DNA of 64,000 nt from positions 63,969-127,968 of the forward strand of contig CAZWKX010000001.1 of assembly GCA_964633975.1 (NCBI GenBank), read 5' to 3'. Below the pieces are notes generated by a model, which saw only the letters and a program-made list of their open reading frames with translations, was not told the origin of the DNA and ran no database searches. Below, piece by piece: positions 35,006-45,048 of this stretch (position 1 is its first letter; each line of letters opens with the position of its first letter). The stretch is from an uncultured Acidimicrobiia bacterium. Lineage in GTDB: Bacteria; Actinomycetota; Acidimicrobiia; Spongiisociales; UBA11373. A program made the position numbers and the translations under genes.

Positions 35006-36633
35006 GACGATCCCCCTGGGCCACCGCGGCGCTGGCCGCGATCCCGCTGAGCTTCCTCGGCGCCTTCTTCATATGGCCGGTGGCATCGATCCTGGTCACC
35101 GGCCTCTTCCCGGGAGGAAGCTTCGATGCCGCACCGTTCCGAGAGGTGCTCACCGACTCCAACCTGCTCGGCGTAGCTTGGTTCACCCTGTGGCAGGCCG
35201 CCGTTTCCACCGTGCTCACACTCGTAGTCGCTCTCCCAGGCGCCTACGTCTTCGCCCGCTTCGAGTTCCCCGGCAAACGGCTCCTGCGGGCCGCCGCCAC
35301 CGTGCCGTTTGTGCTGCCCACGGTCGTGGTGGGCACCGCGTTCCTGGCACTCGTGGGGAACAACGGCCTGCTGGGAGTGCGGCTCGACGGGACCATCTGG
35401 GCCATCCTCGCCGCCCACGTGTTCTTCAACTACGCCGTCGTGCTGCGCACGGTCGGAGGCTTGTGGTCTCATCTGGATCCCGCCCTCGAAGACGCGGCCC
35501 GCTCGCTCGGAGCCAGCCGCTGGCGCGCCTTCACCCGGGTCACCCTGCCGCTGCTGCGCCCCGCCATCGCCGCCGCCGCCTCGATCGTGTTCCTCTTCAC
35601 CTTCACCTCGTTCGGCGTGATCCTGATACTCGGCGGGCCCGGATTGGCCACCCTGGAAGTCGAGATCTACCGCCAGGCCAAGCAGCTCCTGGATCTCCCC
35701 GTGGCCGCAGTGCTGGCGCTCATCCAGATGTTAGGTGTCACCGCCATCCTCACCACCTACTCCCGCCACCAGGAGCGCAGCGCGGTGGAACAGCACCTGC
35801 GTCCCGCCGCCGAGGTGGCGACGCGGCCCCGCACTCGAGGACAGCGCGTCCTGGTCACCGGCGTGCTCACCTCGATGGCGCTCCTCCTCGGCGGACCCAT
35901 CGCCGTTCTCGTGGAGCGCTCGCTCCACGGCGAAGCCGGCTACGGATTCGGCTTCTACCGGGCGCTCGGCCAGGGCAGCCGCACGGGCGCCCGGATAGTC
36001 GATCCGCTGAGGGCAGTCGGCAACTCCGCCTCGTTCGCCCTCGTCGCCACCGGTATCGCCCTGCTCGTCGGTCTCTGCGCCGCCGCCGTGATCGCCAGAA
36101 GAAGAGGGCAGCTCTCCCGCTGGTTCGACACCCTGCTCATGCTGCCCTTGGGCACGTCTGCCGTCACCATCGGCTTCGGCTTCCTCGTCGCCCTCGATGC
36201 CCCCATCGACCTGCGCGCCGCCTGGATCCTCATCCCGCTCGCCCACGCCCTCGTGGCCGTGCCCTTCGTCGTGCGCGCCGTGGTGCCGGTAATGCGCTCG
36301 GTGCGCCAGCGCCTGCGCGAGGCAGCGGCGGTGCTCGGCGCCGCGCCCCACCGGGTGTGGCGTGAAGTGGATCTGCCCCTGGTGGCCCGCGCCACCGCCG
36401 TGGGCGCCGGCTTCGCCTTCGCCGTGTCCCTCGGCGAGTTCGGTGCCACCTCGCTGATAGCCCGGCCTGCCTCGTCTCAGACGGTTCCCCTCGCCATCTA
36501 CCGCTTCTTGGGGCAGCCGGGAACGCTCAACTTCGGCAGAGCCATGGCCATGAGCGTCATCCTCATGGCCGTGACCGCAACCTCGGTCTTCCTCATCGAA
36601 CGATTCCGCACACCGGGGCCGGGCGCGTTCTGA
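34981..36633 (+). CDS. ABC transporter permease with duplicated transmembrane domain (ThiP/FbpB-like)
   Basis: 550 aa, about 12 TM. Two EAA-like loops (EDAARSLGASRWRAFTRVTLPLLRP and REAAAVLGAAPHRVWREVDLPLV). Confidence 0.85.
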   Translation: MDDDSGAVRRSPWATAALAAIPLSFLGAFFIWPVASILVTGLFPGGSFDAAPFREVLTDSNLLGVAWFTLWQAAVSTVLTLVVALPGAYVFARFEFPGKRLLRAAATVPFVLPTVVVGTAFLALVGNNGLLGVRLDGTIWAILAAHVFFNYAVVLRTVGGLWSHLDPALEDAARSLGASRWRAFTRVTLPLLRPAIAAAASIVFLFTFTSFGVILILGGPGLATLEVEIYRQAKQLLDLPVAAVLALIQMLGVTAILTTYSRHQERSAVEQHLRPAAEVATRPRTRGQRVLVTGVLTSMALLLGGPIAVLVERSLHGEAGYGFGFYRALGQGSRTGARIVDPLRAVGNSASFALVATGIALLVGLCAAAVIARRRGQLSRWFDTLLMLPLGTSAVTIGFGFLVALDAPIDLRAAWILIPLAHALVAVPFVVRAVVPVMRSVRQRLREAAAVLGAAPHRVWREVDLPLVARATAVGAGFAFAVSLGEFGATSLIARPASSQTVPLAIYRFLGQPGTLNFGRAMAMSVILMAVTATSVFLIERFRTPGPGAF

Positions 36634-37706
36634 TGCTCGCCGTTCTCGACGTCACCGTGCGCTTCTCGGAGACCTCGGCCCTCGATGCCGTGTCGTTCTC
36701 CGTAGCCGACGGCGAGGTGTTGGCCGTGCTCGGGCCCAGCGGCTCCGGCAAGACCACCTTGTTGCGCGCCGTGGCCGGACTGCAGCCCTTGGACTCAGGC
36801 AGGATCACCTGGGACGGCGGGGACCTCTCCGGAGTGCCCACCCACCGGCGCAACTTCGGCCTCATGTTCCAGGACTTCGCCCTCTTCCCTCACCTCGACG
36901 TCGCCGGCAACGTAGCCTTCGGGCTTCGCATGCAGGGCGTGCCTCCCAAGGAGCGCCGCCGCACCACCACCGAAGCCCTGGAGCGGGTCGAGCTACCCGG
37001 ATTCGAGAATCGCACCATTGCCACCCTGTCCGGTGGTGAGGCGCAGCGGGTCGCTTTGGCCCGGGCCTTGGCTCCGGGACCCCGCATGCTGCTCCTGGAT
37101 GAGCCACTCGGCTCACTCGACCGGGCGCTGCGGGAGCGTCTGAGCGTCGAGCTGCGAACCCTCCTGGAACGGCTCCAGATCACCGCCCTCTACGTCACCC
37201 ACGACCAAACTGAGGCTTTCACCCTCGCCGACCGTGTTGCCGTACTCAACCGGGGCTCGATACTCCAGATCGGGACGGCGGAAGGAGTCTGGTCCCAGCC
37301 AGCCAGCGAGACCGTCGCCAGGTTCCTCGGGCTGCGCAATCTGCTGCCAGGGTCCATCGAGGGCTCCTGGGCCGCCACCGCGATCGGCGCCGTACCGGCC
37401 CCCCGAGGCGCCAACGACGGACCGGCTCGGCTGATCGTCCGTCCCGAGGCCTTCTCCATCGACGACCGGGGCACCATCGAAGGCGTCGTTCGGTCGCGCC
37501 TTTTCAGAGGCACCGACTACCTGGTCGAGATCGAGGCGGGAGGCACCGTCATAGAGGCCCTGCTGCGTCGCGCTCCCGAGCCCGGCTCCAAGGTGCGACT
37601 CGCCGTGGAACCGGGGGGCGTGTCGGCGCTGGCCGCGCCCGCCGTGGCCGGCGGCGCAAACGTCAGCTCCGGACCCGCTCCGCCACCAGAGCCACGAGCA
37701 GGATGA
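36633..37706 (+). CDS. ABC transporter ATP-binding protein with C-terminal TOBE-like domain (ThiQ/FbpC-like)
   Basis: 357 aa with Walker [13 protein letters not shown], signature LSGGEAQRVALARAL and Walker B LLLDEPLGSLD. C-terminal beta domain. Confidence 0.9.
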   Translation: MLAVLDVTVRFSETSALDAVSFSVADGEVLAVLGPSGSGKTTLLRAVAGLQPLDSGRITWDGGDLSGVPTHRRNFGLMFQDFALFPHLDVAGNVAFGLRMQGVPPKERRRTTTEALERVELPGFENRTIATLSGGEAQRVALARALAPGPRMLLLDEPLGSLDRALRERLSVELRTLLERLQITALYVTHDQTEAFTLADRVAVLNRGSILQIGTAEGVWSQPASETVARFLGLRNLLPGSIEGSWAATAIGAVPAPRGANDGPARLIVRPEAFSIDDRGTIEGVVRSRLFRGTDYLVEIEAGGTVIEALLRRAPEPGSKVRLAVEPGGVSALAAPAVAGGANVSSGPAPPPEPRAG

Positions 37707-39225
37707 GCACGGCGGCCCCGCCGACGACGACGTGAGCACCGCCGGTGAACCGGTCCATTCCAAGAGGATCGACCCAGGTCCGTTCGAGCACCTCGAGCAG
37801 CCCCGACAGCACGAACAGGCCCGCCCCGACGATCGCCACCAACAACGCCCTTCTGCGCCGCAACGAGAGCACCACAACGGCCCCGACAACCAAGTGAAAG
37901 GCATTCTGCAGCGGGTTCAGATCGAACATCAGCAAAGCCTCACCCTGGGCGGGCGCCAGGGGGAAAAACCCGGTCTGCCCGAAGCCGAGCAAGCCTATCG
38001 CTATGGCGAACACCCCGAAGCCGACTGCAGCCGCCCGGCCGGGCGAGAGCCTCCCGGGCTGGCCCTTCGGGTGCTTCTCCAGGCGGCCGAAGACCAGGAG
38101 CAGGGCCAGTAGCGGAATCGCGGCCATGAGCAGCCACAACGGACGCAGCTGCCACCACCGGACGGAGCCGATCTCCGGCTCGGGCAGACCCGCGGCGCGC
38201 CACACCCCTCCAGCCAGGGAAATGGCGGTCACGTGCCAGAGGAACATGGTCAGCACGACAGCATGCAGCCGCTTCACCGACCGGCCAAAACGGGGACGCG
38301 CCGAGAGCCGCTGGATGCACGGACGCAGCAGCATGGCCAGCCCCACGAGCCACAGGGTGAGAGCGAGCATGGCCAGGCTGGGGGGCTGTGCGTTCGATCG
38401 AGCCTGCCCGGGCACCCCGACGAGGCTCACCGGGTAGCCGCCGACGGTGGTGAGGAGAACCAGCCCCACCAGTCCGGCGCCGGCGAGCAGCGCCGCCCCC
38501 CGCATGCCCCATCGTTCCAGCGTCCCGTCGGCATAGAAAAAGCCGATCTGATGAGCCAGAAGCCACAGGAGGGCGTAGTTGAGGCCGCCGAGATCGGTGA
38601 GGCCACCCCCGATGGAGACGGCGTCGACGGCGGCCACAGCAAGGGCCAGGACCGCCACGACGGTGAAGCGCGCCCTACGGTGAACCTCCCACGCCGCCGG
38701 GGCCAGTGCCACCGCCACCACGTATATGCCGAGGAACCACAAGGGCAGCGCCGCCACCTCGGCCGCCTCCGCCTTCCCCGGCGCCGTCGGGTCGGCGATT
38801 TCGATGACTGGGGCGGCGGCCAGCCACACCGCCAGGAAGACGTACGTGGGCCGCAGCAGCCGGCCCAGGCGAGCCTCCAGATAGGGCAGGTATGCACCGC
38901 CGTGGCGGGACAGGCAGACCGCGTTGGCAAACCCGCCGATGAAGAAGACGAGCGGCATCACCTGCACCAGCCAGGTGACCAGCCGACCGGCGGCGATCAC
39001 CTCGAGCGCGTTCACCGCATCGACGCCGCCTTCGCTCCACACCACGGTCGTCGTCAGCCAGTGGCTGAGCACCACGACACAGATGCACGCCACCCGGGTG
39101 AAATCGATGAACGGATCCCGCTCCGTCAGATGTCGGGCCTCGAGCGGCGAAAAGGGCCGGCTCCGGGAACCGTCGGGAGTCCCGGTCATCGCGCCATCAC
39201 CGGCGGCGCGGCGCCGCCTCACCAC
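37663..39225 (-). CDS. Acyltransferase family 3 membrane protein (OatA/OafA-like)
   Basis: 520 aa polytopic. N-terminal DFTRVACICVVVLSHWL typical of the acyl_transf_3 family. Confidence 0.8.
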   Translation of the reverse strand: MVRRRRAAGDGAMTGTPDGSRSRPFSPLEARHLTERDPFIDFTRVACICVVVLSHWLTTTVVWSEGGVDAVNALEVIAAGRLVTWLVQVMPLVFFIGGFANAVCLSRHGGAYLPYLEARLGRLLRPTYVFLAVWLAAAPVIEIADPTAPGKAEAAEVAALPLWFLGIYVVAVALAPAAWEVHRRARFTVVAVLALAVAAVDAVSIGGGLTDLGGLNYALLWLLAHQIGFFYADGTLERWGMRGAALLAGAGLVGLVLLTTVGGYPVSLVGVPGQARSNAQPPSLAMLALTLWLVGLAMLLRPCIQRLSARPRFGRSVKRLHAVVLTMFLWHVTAISLAGGVWRAAGLPEPEIGSVRWWQLRPLWLLMAAIPLLALLLVFGRLEKHPKGQPGRLSPGRAAAVGFGVFAIAIGLLGFGQTGFFPLAPAQGEALLMFDLNPLQNAFHLVVGAVVVLSLRRRRALLVAIVGAGLFVLSGLLEVLERTWVDPLGMDRFTGGAHVVVGGAAVLILLVALVAERVRS

Positions 39226-40770
39226 TCATCTCCGATGCGCCACGAGTACGTCTTCCTCATCGAGCACGACCTCCCAGCCTTCCCCCGACACGATCTCGCT
39301 GATCAGGGCGCGATCCCCTTCTCCCAACGACCGCAGCTCGACAACGAGCCACTCCACCGACTCGGCGGAGCGCGGGTTCTCGTCATGCACACCCCAGTTG
39401 TACGGGATCCAAGGGTTGGGGAACTCGAAGATCTCGTGACGATGAGTGAGGTGGGCCACAAACCTGTACGAGGCCGAGACGACGTCGTCCGGCCCGGGCA
39501 GCGCCACCGCTCGCTCCATGACTTCCTGCCTCGAGTTGTCGGCAAGCGGCCAGTAGCCGTCCCTGTAATGGATGCTGACCGGGGAGAGGCCCAGCACGAC
39601 CATGGAGCACAGGCCCAAAGCGCCGACGAGGCCGAGGCCGAAGCGGCGCATCGACATCCGCCTGAGCTTGCCCAGGCCCTCGATCATGGCGATGGTGAAG
39701 GCGAGCACGGGGAGGGCGGCGTAGTGCAGTCTGAAGTTCCAGGTGAACGACTGGATGGAGAGCAGGTTGATGAGGATCTGGGGCAGGCCGATGAGCAGCG
39801 CCCCCGGAGAGAGGAACGGCAGGAGGCCGAAGGGCACGGCCAGATACCAGAGGTACCAGAGGATGTCGGCCTGCCACAAGCGCTCCAGGATCCGAGCCGG
39901 GTCGGTGATCGCCGACTTGATCACCTCGATCGGCGTGTCGCCGAGATCGCCGAAGAACTGCCCGTAGAACGCCCCCTCGGGGTTGAAGATGGGGATGAGC
40001 ATCTGGTTGACGAACACAAACCAGACGGCCGCACCGAGCATCGTGTACAAGCCCACCTTGCGGTGCCCCCTCCACAGGAGCAGAACCCCCAGCATGAGCG
40101 CGGCTAGGGCGACATCCTCCTTCCAGCAGACCGCCAGCGCCAGGAACAGGGCGTAGGGGAGCCACCTTTCGCGCTGAGCCGCCACGTAGGCGCACAGGAA
40201 CGGCGTGATCGCCACGACCTCGGGATGGAAGGTCTCATGCAGCATCCATTGCAGGCCCGCGTTGACGACGAAGGCGAGCGCCGGGATCAACGCATGCCAC
40301 TCGTTGCCCAACACACGCTTCGCCGCCATGAACACCGGCACGCCTCCGAGCACGACGACGGCCACCTGGAATATGTTGAGGAAATGCGGACCGGCGCCCA
40401 GCCAGTAGAACGGAACCAGCAGGAAGTAGCCGAAAGAGCCGTGATGGCCGAGTGTCTGCATGCCTCGCACCGTGTTGAAGCCGGCTCCCCGACTGTGCAG
40501 CCAGATCGATTGATCGAAGATGCCCAGGTCGAATCCGAAGCTGCTGAAGCGGTCGTGCCGCATGAAGACGAGCAATGCGAAGACGATGAACCACGTGAGC
40601 ATCACCGCGGCGAGGATCAGCCGCGGAGCCCCGGCGCGCTTGGCCAGTCGCTTCACGGCCGCCGCCGGGTCGGCACCATCCAGCCTTTCCCGCCACCCTC
40701 CGCCGAGACGGGCCCAGAGGGAACGGGCGGCCATCGCCCCTTGGCTCGTGGCCGACGCCGGTGAGATCAC
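39226..40770 (-). CDS. DUF2079 family membrane protein (predicted GT-C-like glycosyltransferase)
   Basis: 514 aa. RHDRFSSFGFDLGIFDQSIW near the N-terminus matches the DUF2079 signature (recalled). Abuts the acyltransferase with no gap. Confidence 0.7.
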   Translation of the reverse strand: MISPASATSQGAMAARSLWARLGGGWRERLDGADPAAAVKRLAKRAGAPRLILAAVMLTWFIVFALLVFMRHDRFSSFGFDLGIFDQSIWLHSRGAGFNTVRGMQTLGHHGSFGYFLLVPFYWLGAGPHFLNIFQVAVVVLGGVPVFMAAKRVLGNEWHALIPALAFVVNAGLQWMLHETFHPEVVAITPFLCAYVAAQRERWLPYALFLALAVCWKEDVALAALMLGVLLLWRGHRKVGLYTMLGAAVWFVFVNQMLIPIFNPEGAFYGQFFGDLGDTPIEVIKSAITDPARILERLWQADILWYLWYLAVPFGLLPFLSPGALLIGLPQILINLLSIQSFTWNFRLHYAALPVLAFTIAMIEGLGKLRRMSMRRFGLGLVGALGLCSMVVLGLSPVSIHYRDGYWPLADNSRQEVMERAVALPGPDDVVSASYRFVAHLTHRHEIFEFPNPWIPYNWGVHDENPRSAESVEWLVVELRSLGEGDRALISEIVSGEGWEVVLDEEDVLVAHRR

Positions 40771-40834
40771 GGCCGCCCTCCAAGCCGCCGTGAAGCCGGC
40801 GGGGCGGCTCCTCCTAAAAGCGCCGAAAGGCCCC

Positions 40835-41635
40835 TCATCGCGGGAAACCCTCAGGCCGCCGACGCAACAGCCTTCCGATTCCCCACACGGTCACCAACCA
40901 CATCGCCTCTCGGATGATCCGGCCGTCGAGTTTGGACTGTCCCCGGCGGCGCTCGCGGAACGTGATCGGGACCTCCGCGATCCGACAGTCGAGCAGGTGC
41001 GCCCGCCACGCCATCTCCACCTGGAAGGCATAACCCGCAGACCGGCAGGTGTCGGCCCGCAGCCGGCTCAGCGCCTCTGCCCGGAAGGCACGAAAGCCGC
41101 TCGTGAGATCGTGCACCGGAACGCCGAGCATCACACGGGCGTAGCGGTTGCCCCAGCGGGAGAGGAAACGACGGCGCCGCGGCCAGCCTTCGATGGCCCC
41201 ATCCGGGACGAACCGGCTCCCGATGGCGAGTTCGGCGCCGTCTTGTACCGCGGCGACGAGCGCCGGGAGCTGGCCCGGGTCGTGGGAGAGATCGGCATCC
41301 ATCTCGCAGAGGATCTCGGCGCCCGCGGCCAGGGCGGCCGAAAACCCCTCGGCGTATGCGGAGCCGAGGCCCTGCTTGCCCGGCCGATGAAGCACGGAGA
41401 GGCGCGGCTCGTCGGCGGCGAGCTGGTCGGCGAGCCGGCCGGTGCCGTCCGGTGACCCGTCATCGACGACGATCAGGGAATAGGGGTGTTCGAGGATGCG
41501 CGCCACCACCTCGGCCAGGTTCTCCACCTCGTTGTACGTGGGCAGAATCGCACACACCGACCCGGCGGCGGAACCGGGACCCGGCCCTCCTCCCGCCGGC
41601 CTCGGCCGCCTGCCGCCAAGAGGTTTCTGCGTCAC
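40835..41635 (-). CDS. ppm1: Polyprenol-phosphate mannosyltransferase (Ppm1/DPM1-like GT2)
   Basis: 266 aa. VCAILPTYNEVENL...LIVVDDGSPDGTGRLADQLAA...LSVLHRPGKQGLGSAYAEGF is the classical DPM1-type GT2 pattern. Confidence 0.85.
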   Translation of the reverse strand: MTQKPLGGRRPRPAGGGPGPGSAAGSVCAILPTYNEVENLAEVVARILEHPYSLIVVDDGSPDGTGRLADQLAADEPRLSVLHRPGKQGLGSAYAEGFSAALAAGAEILCEMDADLSHDPGQLPALVAAVQDGAELAIGSRFVPDGAIEGWPRRRRFLSRWGNRYARVMLGVPVHDLTSGFRAFRAEALSRLRADTCRSAGYAFQVEMAWRAHLLDCRIAEVPITFRERRRGQSKLDGRIIREAMWLVTVWGIGRLLRRRPEGFPR

Positions 41636-41819
41636 CCGGACCTTCCCAAGGAGAGAGAATCAGGCTAGCCCTGATCACCACCGACGACGTCGCTGCCGTG
41701 GAGCCGCCTCCTCGGCTCCCCGACGTCACCGGCGGCTCGCTGGTGCCTTCTTCCTCGAGCGCTCCGCCGACACGCCAACGCCCGCCCCGGGCAACCAGAG
41801 GGCAGCGCCAGGCCGTTGG

Positions 41820-44102
41820 CTACTGGAGCCCGAGAAATTCCGCGACATCCGAGGCGACCCGATCCGCCTGCTCACGGGCGGCCGCCTCGGCGCCGCTCAG
41901 CTCCTCGCCCGGACCGAGCTGCCGCCGCAAATCGACGTAGATCTTCAGCTTGGGCTCGGTGCCGCTGGGCCGTACCAGGGCGCGGCCAGCCGCCTTGAAA
42001 TCGAAGATGACGAGTGGAGTCGCCGGGAGCCAGCGGGGGCGCCGGTCGGCGCCGGTGCGGAAGTCGGTGACCGAGCCGACTTCAAAGCCGCCGAGCACGG
42101 AAGGCGTGCGCTCCCCCAGCATCTCCATTGCGGCCGCGATCTCGTCGGCCCCCTTCTCGCCGGGCCGCACGACACCGAGCTGTGTGCTGACCCAAAGCCC
42201 ATGCTGCCGGTACAGCCGCTCCAGACGGTCGAGCACGGTCATCCCGAGTGCCCGATCGCCGGCCACCAGATCGGCGAAGACGACCGCGGCGGAGATGCCA
42301 TCCTTGTCCCTGACGAGCCGGCCCACCGTGTAGCCGAGAGCCTCCTCATACCCGAAGACGAACTCCAAGCCTTCGTCGGCCTCGAGATCGAGGGCGGCGT
42401 TGGCGATCCACTTGAACCCGGTGAGCGTGGCCTCACAGCGGGCCCCGTGGGCGGCGGCCACGGCGGCCAGCATCGGCGACGACACGATGCTGCTCGCCAC
42501 CAGCGGGGAGGCCGTGCCCGCGTAGTTTTCGAGCAGGAAATCGGCGAGGGCGATGCCGACCTGGTTCCCGGTGAGCTGCAGCCACCCCGAGGGGCCGGGG
42601 AGGCAGGCGGCGAGCCGGTCGCCGTCGGGATCGTTGGCCAGCACCAGATCGGCGCCGACATCGGCGGCGAGCGCGAGTGCCAGGTCGAGGGCCCCCGGCT
42701 CCTCCGGATTTGGGAAAGGCAACGTGGGGAAACGGCCGTCGGGCTCGGCTTGTTCCGGAACCGTGTGCACATCGGTGTAGCCGGCGGCGCCCAGAGCCTG
42801 CTCGGTCAGGCGTCCGGCCACACCGTGCAGAGGCGTGTAGACGATACGGAGATCACGGTCGGCCTCGACCTGCGGGCGCAGCTCGAGAACATCGCCGATG
42901 TACCGCTCGTACCACTGCGGCGGTATGGGCGCGGCTCGCTGACTCTCCCCATCGAGCACCCCGTCCCGCCGAGACACGTCGGCTGCGGCCCCCACCCGCT
43001 CGATCGCATCGGCTATCCCGGTATCCACCGGCGGAACGATCTGGGCCGCGTTGGCGTCGTACACCTTGTACCCGTTGTCCCTCGGAGGATTGTGACTGGC
43101 CGTTACCACGACGGCGGCCCGGGCCCCGAACACGCGGGCGGCGTAGGCCACCAGCGGCGTAGGCGCCGGCTCCTCGAAGTACCGCACGGGGAGACCGGCC
43201 GCGACCAGCACGCCAACCGTATCGGCGGCAAACGTCCGGCTACTGAGGCGGGCGTCGTAGCCGACGACAACGGGCCCGCCCTCGGGTCGATTCTCGAGGA
43301 GGTAGTCGGCCAGCCCTTTTGTGGTGCGGATCACCGTGGCCCGATTCATACGATTCGAGCCGGCCTCGACTGCCCCGCGGATACCGGCCGTTCCGAACTC
43401 CAGGATGCCGGCCATACGATCCGACAACTCATCGACCGCACCGAGCGCGATGAGACGCTCCAGCTGCGCCCGGGTCTCCGGGTCCGGGTCGCCGTTGATC
43501 CAGGCCCGCGTCTCGGCCAGCAGCGGATCCGGGAGCGCCGCCCGGAGCGCGCCGCCCACGGCTGCCACGCCCTCCTCGGTGGCCAAGTGAGTCATGGTGA
43601 CGTCGTGTGCCTCCAGGGGCAGGCGATCCACGACGAGCTCCGCCGGGACCACACCGATGCGGAGCGCGTCGGGGCGGAGGCGGGCCAAGAGCCGGTCGAA
43701 GTGCCCCGATCCCCGCCCCAGCCTCACACCCTGGGCGTCGAAGAGGACCCCAGGCACGAGCGCGACGTCGATCTCGGTCGGGTCTACCTTCCGCGCCGAT
43801 TCCCTCGGCTGCAGGAAACCTAGGTGGTGCCGCTCCATCGGATCCTCGAAAGGGTGCACGGTGAGCTCGCCACGCCTGGGGGTACGCGTCAAAAACGACT
43901 CCACCTCGAAGCGGAGTGCGGTGACATCAGGCTCATCGGGCAGAGGCTGGTAGAGAAGCACCCGTGCTCCAGGCAGGCCTCCCCAGCGACGCAGTCCGCC
44001 GACGATCTGGAGCGAGATGGCGTGAAGGTCGAGCTTGGACCGTGCGGCGCGCCCCCACTCTCGCCACTCGGCCTTGCTTGCTGCTGGTGGTGGCTGCGAC
44101 AC
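41820..44102 (-). CDS. Fusion protein: N-terminal 5-formyltetrahydrofolate cyclo-ligase (MTHFS) domain + C-terminal phosphomannomutase/phosphoglucomutase (alpha-D-phosphohexomutase)
   Basis: 760 aa single ORF. Residues ~1-210 carry the MTHFS motifs (LLYQPLPDEPD, ALVPGVLFDAQGVRLGRGSGHFDR). Residues ~215-760 carry the PMM/PGM motifs (GDPDPETRAQL...FGTAGIRG; active site TASHNPPRDNGYKVY; GFKWI; GYEEALGY). Confidence 0.8.
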   Translation of the reverse strand: MSQPPPAASKAEWREWGRAARSKLDLHAISLQIVGGLRRWGGLPGARVLLYQPLPDEPDVTALRFEVESFLTRTPRRGELTVHPFEDPMERHHLGFLQPRESARKVDPTEIDVALVPGVLFDAQGVRLGRGSGHFDRLLARLRPDALRIGVVPAELVVDRLPLEAHDVTMTHLATEEGVAAVGGALRAALPDPLLAETRAWINGDPDPETRAQLERLIALGAVDELSDRMAGILEFGTAGIRGAVEAGSNRMNRATVIRTTKGLADYLLENRPEGGPVVVGYDARLSSRTFAADTVGVLVAAGLPVRYFEEPAPTPLVAYAARVFGARAAVVVTASHNPPRDNGYKVYDANAAQIVPPVDTGIADAIERVGAAADVSRRDGVLDGESQRAAPIPPQWYERYIGDVLELRPQVEADRDLRIVYTPLHGVAGRLTEQALGAAGYTDVHTVPEQAEPDGRFPTLPFPNPEEPGALDLALALAADVGADLVLANDPDGDRLAACLPGPSGWLQLTGNQVGIALADFLLENYAGTASPLVASSIVSSPMLAAVAAAHGARCEATLTGFKWIANAALDLEADEGLEFVFGYEEALGYTVGRLVRDKDGISAAVVFADLVAGDRALGMTVLDRLERLYRQHGLWVSTQLGVVRPGEKGADEIAAAMEMLGERTPSVLGGFEVGSVTDFRTGADRRPRWLPATPLVIFDFKAAGRALVRPSGTEPKLKIYVDLRRQLGPGEELSGAEAAAREQADRVASDVAEFLGLQ

Positions 44103-44105
44103 CGG

Positions 44106-45008
44106 CTAGCCGAAAAGTCGGGGGGCCAGGGCCTGAAGCTCCTCGGTCGTGGAGCCGAGCACCGCGTAGCCGGTCTCGTCGCGAATCTGTTCCACGTTGG
44201 CGGCGACGTCCTCAACGCTGAGAGGGCCATCTCCGGGAGCCTTGAAGTAGCCGGCGGTCCGCGCCATGAAGAAGCGGCTCACGTTGCCTCCGGCCACCGA
44301 CCAGACTTCCCCGCTGAACGGGCACTCCTCCGAGCAGAAGTAAGCCACCACCGGCGAGACCAGCTCGGGATCGAGCTTCTCCGCCACCGGGCCCAGTATC
44401 TGCTCGGTCATCCTGGTGCGGGCCACCGGAGCCAGCACGTTCACCTTGATGTCGTACTTGGCGCCTTCGAGTTTGAGGACGTTGGCGAGCCCGACGACTC
44501 CCATCTTGGCCGCACCGTAGTTCGACTGGCCGAAGTTGCCCAGGATGCCGGCGTTGGAGGTGGTCATGACGATGCGACCGTACGACTGAGCGCGCATGAC
44601 CTTCACCGCAGCCTGGGTCACGTAGAAGGCGCCTTTCAGGTGCACATCGAGCACAGCCTCCAGATCGGGCCAGGCCAAGTTGTGAAAGGCCTTGTCGCGT
44701 AGTATGCCGGCGTTGTTCACGAGGATGTCCACCCGTCCGTACTCCTCGACGGCCTTGGCCACGATACCCTCGCCCCCGGCCGGTTCGCCCACCGACGAGT
44801 AGTCGGCAACGGCGCGGCCTCCCGCTTCGACGATCTCGGCAACCACGTCGTCGGCAGGGCGAGCCTCCATGCCGCTTCCATCGGTAGCGACCCCTGGATC
44901 GTTGACCACGACGGCCGCTCCCCTCGATGCCAGCAGCTTGGCGTGGCTGGCCCCAAGCCCTCGCCCGGCACCGGTGACGATGGCGACGCGACCCTGGAAC
45001 CCGATCAT
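44106..45008 (-). CDS. SDR family oxidoreductase (MFE-2/HSD17B4 N-terminal-like)
   Basis: Start MIGFQGRVAIVTGAGRGLGASHAKLLASRGAAVVVND (TGxxxGxG). NAG and YxxxK region (SNYGAAK). Confidence 0.8.
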   Translation of the reverse strand: MIGFQGRVAIVTGAGRGLGASHAKLLASRGAAVVVNDPGVATDGSGMEARPADDVVAEIVEAGGRAVADYSSVGEPAGGEGIVAKAVEEYGRVDILVNNAGILRDKAFHNLAWPDLEAVLDVHLKGAFYVTQAAVKVMRAQSYGRIVMTTSNAGILGNFGQSNYGAAKMGVVGLANVLKLEGAKYDIKVNVLAPVARTRMTEQILGPVAEKLDPELVSPVVAYFCSEECPFSGEVWSVAGGNVSRFFMARTAGYFKAPGDGPLSVEDVAANVEQIRDETGYAVLGSTTEELQALAPRLFG

Positions 45009-45048
45009 CCCCAACCTCCTCGACTCTCCAAGCACTCCGCGGCCGAGG

